This document shows, one piece after another, positions 9,399 through 16,480 of a stretch of 37,837 bases of DNA. The DNA is from an uncultured Bacteroidales bacterium (GTDB lineage Bacteria; Bacteroidota; Bacteroidia; Bacteroidales; Bacteroidaceae): NCBI GenBank assembly GCA_947367415.1, contig CANBEE010000001.1, forward strand, positions 1-37,837, read 5' to 3'. Under the pieces are notes generated by a model. It saw only the letters and a program-made list of their open reading frames with translations. It searched no databases and was not told the origin of the DNA. The translations under genes were made by a program, and so were the position numbers. Every line of letters begins with the position of its first letter. Position 1 is the stretch's first letter.

Positions 9399-9452
9399 GA
9401 GTACTCTGATTACTCGGAGTATTCAGAGTTCTCCGAGTAATCCGAAAAATCT
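9399..9452. repeat. six tandem 9-mers (GAGNNNTCN) that also contain an 11 bp perfect inverted repeat
   Basis: Units: GAGTACTCT GATTACTCG GAGTATTCA GAGTTCTCC GAGTAATCC GAAAAATCT. The inverted repeat is attactcggag (9409-9419) and ctccgagtaat (9431-9441). Confidence 0.85.
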
Positions 9453-12400
9453 TATTTCTTTACAAACTCCACCACCAGCGCCTGCTCGGGCTCTACGATG
9501 GTGTTATCGGAGAGCGTAACCGTCTCGCCTGTGATGACGTTACGGCCAGTAGTGAGGCCCTCGGAAATCTCCTTGTAGTAGGTCCAGGGGAGATGCTTGG
9601 GCTCCTGGGAGTTGTTAATGTATACGAACACCACATCCTTATCATTATAGCGGAAGTAGGCGTAGGTGTTGTCGCGGGTCATGAAGTGGAGGGTCTTTCC
9701 GTTGTGGATGACCTCCTTGGTCTTGCGCCACTGGAAGAGCGTGTGCGAATAGTCGTACATGTCGGCGATGACAGGATGCTGCTCGCGACCTTCGGGGGTG
9801 AAGTAGTCGGCCTTGTCGCCAGCCCAACCGCCGGGGAAGTCGACACGCAGGCCGCCATGGCCTTGGCTGAGGTCTTTGGAGTAGAACATCATCTCGTCGC
9901 CGGCAAAGAGCTGCGGGATGCCGCGCATGGTGGCCAGCATGGTGATGCCCAGCTTGGCCTTGTTGTAGTTGCGCCCCACCACATCGCCCAGACGGTCGGT
10001 GTCGTGGTTGCCGGCAAAGATCATCATGTTGGAGAGGTCGTGGTAGAGGAAGTCGTGCGACAGACAGTCATATACACGCGTCATGCCCTGTCCCCAACCG
10101 GGGTTGCGCTCGGAGAGTCCGGCACGCATGGCATCGTGGAGGGGGAAGTCCATGATGGCACGCAGGTGTGAGTCGAAGCCATCCTTATTGGCATTGCCGC
10201 CCTGCCAGTAGGCCAGCTGCGGAGCCGAGGAGGTCCAGCACTCGCCCACGATATTGAAGTTGGGGTACTCGCGCATCAATGCCTCGCACCAGCGGCTCAT
10301 GGGCTCCTTCTCGTTGTAGGGGTAGGTGTCTACACGCAGGCCGTCGAGGTCGGCATACTCGATCCACCAGATGGCCCACTGGATGAAGTAGCGCAGGGTG
10401 TACTCGTTGTTGAGGTTCATATCGACCATCGAGGGCACAAACCAGCCGCTCTCCTGGATGTAGAGGTCCTGCTTCGAGGCGTTGGGGTCCATGTTGGTGG
10501 AGAAGCAGATGTTGGTGCCGGTGTAGGTGTCGAACTGGTGTATCCAGTCGTGGAAGGGGAGGTCCTGCATCCACCAGTGCTCGGTGCCGCAGTGGTTGGT
10601 GACGATGTCCATAATCATCTTGATGCCCTTGTCGTGGGCCTTCGACACGAGTTCGCGGTAGAGGGCATTGCTGCCGAAGCGCGGGTCTATCTGATAGTAG
10701 TCAGAGGCGGCATAGCCGTGGTACGACTCCTTGGGGGCGTTGTCGAGCAGCAGGGGGGTAGACCATATAGCTGTGGCACCGAGGTCGGCGATGTAGTCAA
10801 GGTGGTCGATGATGCCCTGGATGTCGCCACCGTGACGTCCGAAGAAGGCATCGCGGTCGGCCTTGTCATCGGTGTCGGGGGTAGAGTCGTTCGAGGGGTC
10901 GCCATTGGCAAAGCGGTCGGGCATGAGCAGATACACCATATCGGCCGTGGTGAAGCTGGTGCGCTCGGCAGAGCCCTCGCGACGTGCCTGCAGCTGGTAG
11001 GGGTAGCGGAACTCCTTGCCCTCCTTGGTGAATACGAGGTTATAGGTGCCGGGCTGTGCCTTGGCATCGATGGTGACGTCGACAAACAGGTAGTTGGGGC
11101 TTTCGGCCTTGTGTACCTTGGCCACTTGCACACCCTCGCCGCCCTCGATGGTGAGGTCGTAGGAGGCGATGTCGGTGCCATGAATCATCAGCTGCAGGGG
11201 TGTGTTCATGCCGGTCCACCAAGAGAGCGGCTCCACGCGGTCTACGGGGTCGCACACGGTGCGGTACTCCCAACGCCAGGGAGCCTCGAGCTGTACCGAA
11301 ACCTCTACCTTGTTGCCCGGTACCGAGCGGGTGAAGGTGAGGGTGTTGTTGTCGGTGCTGATAATCTCAAACTCGCCATGGCCGATGCCTGCGCTCAGGG
11401 CAGGGTTGCTATGCTTGAAGGCGATGAGATCGCGGTAGAAGTCGGTATGTGCATTCTGCTCCCATGCAGGGATGGGGTCCTTCTCGAAGAACTGGAAGCG
11501 GTGGTCCCAGCCCATCTCCTGACCGGTATAGATGAGCGGCTGTCCGCCCGGCAGGGTGAAGGTGAGTACGGCCATGGCCTGTACGGCATCGCCCATACGC
11601 TCAAATTCGGTGCCTGCCCAGGAGTTCTCGTCGTGGTTGGTGATGAACATGAGGCGGTAGGCACCCTCGGGATGGCGCTCGGTGTCCTTCTTTATATAGG
11701 ATACCAGGTCGTCGATGCTCTTGTTGCCCTTGGCAATATCGTTCATCATGTGGTGCAGCTCCCAAGAGTAGGAGGAGTGGAAGCCGCACTGACTCTGCAG
11801 GAGAGGCTCTTCGCCCTCGGCGAGCATGAAGACATTGGGGTACTGAGCCTTGATGCCCTTGATGGTCTCCTCCCAAAAGGTAAGGGGTACCTCGCAAGCC
11901 ATATCGCAGCGGAAGCCGTCGACACCACGCTGTAGCCAGAAGTGCATGGCCTCTTGCATGCCCTTCATCATACCCTCATCGGCATAGTTGAGGTTGGCCG
12001 TGTCGCTCCAGTCGGCCGTGTAGGTGAGTCCGCCCTGCGCATCGCGCTCATACCATGAGGCGGGCGACTCGGTGACCCAGCGCGCGTCGGGCGAGGTGTG
12101 GTTGGCTACCCAGTCGATGATGACCTTCAAGCCCAGGCGGTGAGCCTCGGCAAGGAAGTTGTCGAAGTCGGCCAACGTGCCAAACTCAGGGTTGATGTCG
12201 GTGTAGTCCTTGATGGCATAATAAGAGCCTAAGGTGCCCTTGCGCCCCTCTACGCCGATGGGATAGATGGGCATGAGCCATACCACGTCGATGCCCAACT
12301 CCTTGAGTCGGGGCAGCTCGCGCTGGGCAGCAGCAAAGGTGCCCTCGGGCGTGTATTGACGTACATTCATTTCGTATACTACGGTGTTGGCCCAGTCGGT

Positions 12401-12484
12401 GGTGTCCGCCGTGGGTTGCTGTGTGTTACTGGTACAGCCTGTCATCAGTATGGCTGCTAAGAATACCCAGAATAGTTTTTTCAT
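9452..12484 (-). CDS. double GH13 enzyme: N-terminal alpha-amylase module fused to a C-terminal SusA/cyclomaltodextrinase-like module (lipoprotein)
   Basis: The 1010 aa product has the signal MKKLFWVFLAAILMTGC. Module 1 carries DWVANH, GFRCDMA, MLAEGEE and FITNHDE. Module 2 carries MPDRFANGD, DIVTNH, GLRVDTYPY, VGECW and AGNHDTDR. Both catalytic triads appear intact. Confidence 0.85.
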   Translation of the reverse strand: MKKLFWVFLAAILMTGCTSNTQQPTADTTDWANTVVYEMNVRQYTPEGTFAAAQRELPRLKELGIDVVWLMPIYPIGVEGRKGTLGSYYAIKDYTDINPEFGTLADFDNFLAEAHRLGLKVIIDWVANHTSPDARWVTESPASWYERDAQGGLTYTADWSDTANLNYADEGMMKGMQEAMHFWLQRGVDGFRCDMACEVPLTFWEETIKGIKAQYPNVFMLAEGEEPLLQSQCGFHSSYSWELHHMMNDIAKGNKSIDDLVSYIKKDTERHPEGAYRLMFITNHDENSWAGTEFERMGDAVQAMAVLTFTLPGGQPLIYTGQEMGWDHRFQFFEKDPIPAWEQNAHTDFYRDLIAFKHSNPALSAGIGHGEFEIISTDNNTLTFTRSVPGNKVEVSVQLEAPWRWEYRTVCDPVDRVEPLSWWTGMNTPLQLMIHGTDIASYDLTIEGGEGVQVAKVHKAESPNYLFVDVTIDAKAQPGTYNLVFTKEGKEFRYPYQLQARREGSAERTSFTTADMVYLLMPDRFANGDPSNDSTPDTDDKADRDAFFGRHGGDIQGIIDHLDYIADLGATAIWSTPLLLDNAPKESYHGYAASDYYQIDPRFGSNALYRELVSKAHDKGIKMIMDIVTNHCGTEHWWMQDLPFHDWIHQFDTYTGTNICFSTNMDPNASKQDLYIQESGWFVPSMVDMNLNNEYTLRYFIQWAIWWIEYADLDGLRVDTYPYNEKEPMSRWCEALMREYPNFNIVGECWTSSAPQLAYWQGGNANKDGFDSHLRAIMDFPLHDAMRAGLSERNPGWGQGMTRVYDCLSHDFLYHDLSNMMIFAGNHDTDRLGDVVGRNYNKAKLGITMLATMRGIPQLFAGDEMMFYSKDLSQGHGGLRVDFPGGWAGDKADYFTPEGREQHPVIADMYDYSHTLFQWRKTKEVIHNGKTLHFMTRDNTYAYFRYNDKDVVFVYINNSQEPKHLPWTYYKEISEGLTTGRNVITGETVTLSDNTIVEPEQALVVEFVKK

Positions 12485-12521
12485 GAGTTATGTATTATGA
12501 GTTATTTATTTTGTCGTTTTT

Positions 12522-12575
12522 TCGGAGTCCTCGGAGAACTCAGAGTGCTCGGATTTCTCGGAAAACTCCGATATT
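12522..12575. repeat. six tandem 9-mers of the same family as 9399-9452
   Basis: Units: TCGGAGTCC TCGGAGAAC TCAGAGTGC TCGGATTTC TCGGAAAAC TCCGATATT. In the +3 register these read GAGTCCTCG GAGAACTCA GAGTGCTCG GATTTCTCG GAAAACTCC. AATTTTC AATTCTC AATTCTC follows at 12579-12599. Confidence 0.85.
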
Positions 12576-12590
12576 CTTAATTTTCAATTC

Positions 12591-14891
12591 TCAATTCTCC
12601 ATTAAATACAGTCTATACTCTCCCGCCCCGAGGGTTACTATTGCCGTTGAGCCGCTGTAGTTCTCTGCGGACTCAAAATAGTTTTTCCATGTGCCCTCGA
12701 TGGGGAAGGTCACGGTGATGGCTTGCTCGCGGGTGTCGGGGTTGCCCACTACCACGAAGGCCTCTTCGCCAGCTACGCAGTTGATTTGGCGTCCTGTGCT
12801 CCAGTGCGATGTGGATACCTTCCAGACGAAGTCGGCCTCGCTGGTGAAGAACTGGGGATGCTCCCTGCGGAAGGTGATGAGCTGTGCATAGGCGTCGTAG
12901 AGGGCACGGCGCTCGGGCATCTCAAGGTAGTCCCAGCGTAGGGGCTTCTCGCCCGTGCGGCCATTCTCCTCGATGGAGTAGTCGTAGCCGAGTTCGCCAA
13001 ACTGCCATATCATCTTCGGGCCCGGCACGGTGAAGAAGAAGGCGGCACCCATGGCGGCGCGCTGCATCTGCTCATTGAGCGAATGCGCTATGGAGCCTGC
13101 GCCCCAGGTCTTGGCCTTGTAGATGAGGCGCTCCTCGTCGTGGCTCTCCATGAAGCCTACGTAGGCTCCGAAGGGCATGGAGGTGCCTGTCCACAGTCCG
13201 CTGAAGCTGCTGTTCTCCACGTAGCCCATGGCCGATTGGCAATAGCTGTTGTTGAGGTTACGCCATACCTTGATGCCCTCCTCGGCAAGTGCACGCTCCT
13301 CGGCATCGCAACAAAAATGCTCGAGTATGACAACGGCATCGGGGCTTACGGCTTTGATGGCATCATGGTACTCGGTCAGCACGTCGATACGGCCCTGGTC
13401 GTAGTTCGATGCAGTGGCCTCGGTACATTGGCGTTGGGTGAAACCCTTGGTGAGGTCGAAGCGGAAACCGTCGAAGCGGTACTCACGGAGCAGATATTCA
13501 AGATTGCGCTTCACATGCTCGCGCACCTCGGCATTCTCGTGGTTCCAGTCGTGGAACACGCTGTAAGGGTGGGGGGCTGTGACGTTGAACCATGGATTGT
13601 CCCCTGCGGTGCAGTTGTTGGCAGTGTTCCAATAGAGCTTGGCCATGGGGTGTGCACCCGTGGCGTGGTTGTATACCACATCGAGGAGCACGGCGATGCC
13701 ACGGCTGTGACATTCGTCGATGAACTGTTTGTACATCTCGCGTGTGCCGTATGCCTTGTCCATGGCGAAGTAGGCGCAGGGGTTGTAGCCCCAGCTGTTG
13801 TTGCCGTCGAACTCCTGCACCGGCATCAGTTCGATGGCGTTGATGCCCAGTTCCTCCAGATAGTCGAGGCGGGCAAGCGCTCCCTTCAGGTCCTTGGTGG
13901 AGGAGAAGTCGCGTAGAAGCAGTTCGTAGATGATGAGGTCGTCGGGGTTGCTGACGGTGAAGTCCGTCTGCCATGCATAGCTTTCGCGGGCGGTCTGGAA
14001 TGCTCCCACGAGTCCCGATGTGGCAGTGGGGTAGGCGGGCATGTCGGGGTAGGTGCTTGCCGGTATCCAGTGGTCATCGGCACTGTATACAATCTCGGTG
14101 TAGGGGTCGCAGATGCGTATGGTGCCGCGCTCGGCATCGTGCAGATGGTATTGGAAACGGTATTCCTTGCCTGGCTCTACCTGCGTGAAGGTGTACCACC
14201 ACGTGCTTGCCTCCTCATCGCGCTTCATGGCATATGCCGATTGGTACTCCCAATTGCTGAAGTCGCCGATGACGTAGGCATGATCGTAGCTGCCGCCTTG
14301 TCCGTCATGGTCTTTCAGCACCAGGGTGACGGTATGCTCGTCTATGTAGTTGATGCCCTCGCTTGTGCCAACAGGCATAACGGCATGCTCCACTTCATCA
14401 TAAGCGGTGCCTTGCTGGTCCTCCACAGTGCAGAAGAGGTCAGCCGTCTGACGGGTGCCATCGGCATTGCGCACCACCACGCCTATCTTGTTTATCACCT
14501 CAGTGCGTGAGGCACCGAACCACTCTCTGATGCTTGGTTCAAGGCGCAGCATCCACACGTCGGGTACGTCGGTGGCGGTGAAGCGGCATCGGTCCAGATT
14601 GGTATTCCAGTCGGCCGGTACATGCTTCCACTCGAACTCCACGATACCAATGTGTGCATACAGCACGTCGGTGTACCCACTGAAAGGGAATCCGCCACCT
14701 GCCTTATAGTAGATAATGCAGGGCTCATCGGCCTTCGGTGTGCCATTGTCTGTGAGCGAATAGCCTGAGAGCCCGTAGGGCAGATTGCTTAGGTCTATCT
14801 CTTCCTCGGGCGTGACTGGTACTTGTGGCTCGCAGCTGGCCAGAAATGCCAAGAAGCATAATTCAAGAGCAAATAGAATATAGCGTTTCAT
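12591..14891 (-). CDS. GH13 pullulanase/debranching-like enzyme with a CBM48-like module (lipoprotein)
   Basis: The 766 aa product has the signal LAFLASC. The segment VIGDFSNWE is CBM48-like. Other motifs are NSWGYNP, DVVYNHA, GFRFDLTKG, ILEHF and MESHDE. Confidence 0.8.
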   Translation of the reverse strand: MKRYILFALELCFLAFLASCEPQVPVTPEEEIDLSNLPYGLSGYSLTDNGTPKADEPCIIYYKAGGGFPFSGYTDVLYAHIGIVEFEWKHVPADWNTNLDRCRFTATDVPDVWMLRLEPSIREWFGASRTEVINKIGVVVRNADGTRQTADLFCTVEDQQGTAYDEVEHAVMPVGTSEGINYIDEHTVTLVLKDHDGQGGSYDHAYVIGDFSNWEYQSAYAMKRDEEASTWWYTFTQVEPGKEYRFQYHLHDAERGTIRICDPYTEIVYSADDHWIPASTYPDMPAYPTATSGLVGAFQTARESYAWQTDFTVSNPDDLIIYELLLRDFSSTKDLKGALARLDYLEELGINAIELMPVQEFDGNNSWGYNPCAYFAMDKAYGTREMYKQFIDECHSRGIAVLLDVVYNHATGAHPMAKLYWNTANNCTAGDNPWFNVTAPHPYSVFHDWNHENAEVREHVKRNLEYLLREYRFDGFRFDLTKGFTQRQCTEATASNYDQGRIDVLTEYHDAIKAVSPDAVVILEHFCCDAEERALAEEGIKVWRNLNNSYCQSAMGYVENSSFSGLWTGTSMPFGAYVGFMESHDEERLIYKAKTWGAGSIAHSLNEQMQRAAMGAAFFFTVPGPKMIWQFGELGYDYSIEENGRTGEKPLRWDYLEMPERRALYDAYAQLITFRREHPQFFTSEADFVWKVSTSHWSTGRQINCVAGEEAFVVVGNPDTREQAITVTFPIEGTWKNYFESAENYSGSTAIVTLGAGEYRLYLMEN

Positions 14892-14919
14892 AAGGGTAAA
14901 TCCTTTTTTATTGTAGCGA

Positions 14920-14974
14920 CCTAAGGCCCGATCAAAGGCCTTAGGCCAAAAGGGGCACCCACTGAGGGCACCCC
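14920..14974 (-). terminator. tandem hairpins between the susE/F-like and GH13 genes, probably an internal terminator or attenuator
   Basis: The minus-strand RNA forms GGGGUGCCC-UCAGU-GGGUGCCCC, a 9 bp stem that includes two G-U pairs and would be C-A/A-C mismatches on the plus strand. UUUU follows, then a perfect 9 bp hairpin cctaaggcc/ggccttagg (14920-14945). Confidence 0.6.
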
Positions 14975-14997
14975 TGTGTTGTTTAGTTTATCACTGA

Positions 14998-16422
14998 TTA
15001 GTTGATAGAACCAGTACCAGCGTTGAAGTCGAGAGTTACCTTCTGACCTGCAGTAGCGGCAACAGCAGCCTGATCACCACCAGCAGCGCGGTATACGATA
15101 ACGCCATCGAATACGTTGTACTCCATCTGCCACCAGTCTACACCAGTGATTGCTGAAGGAGCAGCGGTGTACATGCGGATATTGCCATCGGCTACAGTAG
15201 CGGGCGATACGAGTGTGGTACCCTCAGCTACGAACTTGTTTTCTTCCTTAGCAACGTCCCAGCCACCGAAGCAGTCGCCCATGCCGTAAACAGCAGCAGG
15301 CTCCATAGCGATGATATTGTTGGCGAGGTCGATGTAGATAGTATAGAAACCATCCTCTGCTACGAAGCAGTTGCCACCGTCAACTGTGTAACCAGTATCA
15401 GTGCCGAGGTTGGTGAAGTCACCGCTCCATTCCTTCTTAGGACAGAATTTGAAGCCGTTAGCTGCAGTGATGTAACGTGTGGTCCAGAAAGCACCAGAGT
15501 GGCTGTGTACGGGAGTAAGAGCTACGACGCCATCAGAAGCCCAATCCCAACCACCGAAGTCCTGGCCGATCATGTAGAGCTCAGTAGGAAGTGTAGACTC
15601 CTTGGTGCACTCAGTGGTGAAGGTGTAACCGTTAGCGATATCGCCACCCTTCAAGGTGTAGGTCAATGTGATGGTGTAGAGACCAGCCTTCTCAACCTTG
15701 ATGTTAGCACCGTTAGGCAATGACTCCATACCGAGGTTGGTGTTAGCCTTTACGTTACCAGCGTCGTCGAGCTGAATCTTCCAGCCGTGGCCGTAAGCGA
15801 ACTTGAACTCACCATTTGCAGGCATGTCAACGTTCTCCATCTTCCAAGTCATAGTCTCGGCATTTACCTCTACAGCGTCGAATGCTGTGAAGCCCCAGCC
15901 GTTCATGGCACCGCGAACACCCCACTGTACGTCGGCAACTACGATCTGCGGATACAGAAGGTCACCTTCAAGGTTGAGGTCAAGTACGATGTGATAGAGA
16001 CCAGTCTGGTCAACCTTCATAGCAGGAGCATCGTCACCGATAACCAATTTACCACGCTTAACCTTTGCAAGGCCAGGATTGTCAGCAAGCTCAGTTACGT
16101 TGTACTCCTCAAGAGTAGCACCATAGTTGGTGTACTTACCAGCCTCGTTGAGCACGAGATAGAACTCCTTGCCACCTTCGAGCACGATGTACTTTTCGTA
16201 CATACCACCACGCTTCTCGGCAGTTACCTCGTTGAGACCAGCAGCCATACCATAGTCAGCTGTGATGTCCTCAGAGCCGGTAGCCTCTCCGTACACGTAG
16301 AAACCATCGAGAGCAATCTCGTCAAAGTCAATACCACCATTGCCTTTCTGTTCTTCAGGCTCGCAAGATGTGGCAACAAACATCAGTGCCAATGCACTAA
16401 TACTCATCAAAATTTTTTTCAT
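14998..16422 (-). CDS. SusE/SusF-like surface starch-binding lipoprotein
   Basis: The 474 aa product has the signal LMFVATSC. It contains three repeated Ig/CBM-like segments with GxxGW motifs (MNGWGF, FGGWDW, FGGWDV). It sits immediately downstream of susD. Confidence 0.7.
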   Translation of the reverse strand: MKKILMSISALALMFVATSCEPEEQKGNGGIDFDEIALDGFYVYGEATGSEDITADYGMAAGLNEVTAEKRGGMYEKYIVLEGGKEFYLVLNEAGKYTNYGATLEEYNVTELADNPGLAKVKRGKLVIGDDAPAMKVDQTGLYHIVLDLNLEGDLLYPQIVVADVQWGVRGAMNGWGFTAFDAVEVNAETMTWKMENVDMPANGEFKFAYGHGWKIQLDDAGNVKANTNLGMESLPNGANIKVEKAGLYTITLTYTLKGGDIANGYTFTTECTKESTLPTELYMIGQDFGGWDWASDGVVALTPVHSHSGAFWTTRYITAANGFKFCPKKEWSGDFTNLGTDTGYTVDGGNCFVAEDGFYTIYIDLANNIIAMEPAAVYGMGDCFGGWDVAKEENKFVAEGTTLVSPATVADGNIRMYTAAPSAITGVDWWQMEYNVFDGVIVYRAAGGDQAAVAATAGQKVTLDFNAGTGSIN

Positions 16423-16435
16423 AATGCTTTTGTTT

Positions 16436-16465
16436 TAGTTTAACAAAAAATGAATAGTTTAACAA
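16436..16465. repeat. direct repeat TAGTTTAACAA x2 at 19 bp spacing in the susD-susE/F spacer
   Basis: Copies lie at 16436-16446 and 16455-16465 and are identical 11-mers. Confidence 0.7.
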
Positions 16466-16480
16466 TTAAATTAATATAGA

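Noticed and set aside
10538-11935. A 465 aa ORF antisense to the double-GH13 gene. Similar shadow ORFs lie at 7166-8020, 8798-9259, 9593-10171 and 13083-13916.
   Set aside because: These are shadow frames of GC-rich glycosidase genes. Their composition is low-complexity Val/Gly/Ala/Glu, and they have no signal peptides or motifs. The sense-strand proteins have clear family signatures.
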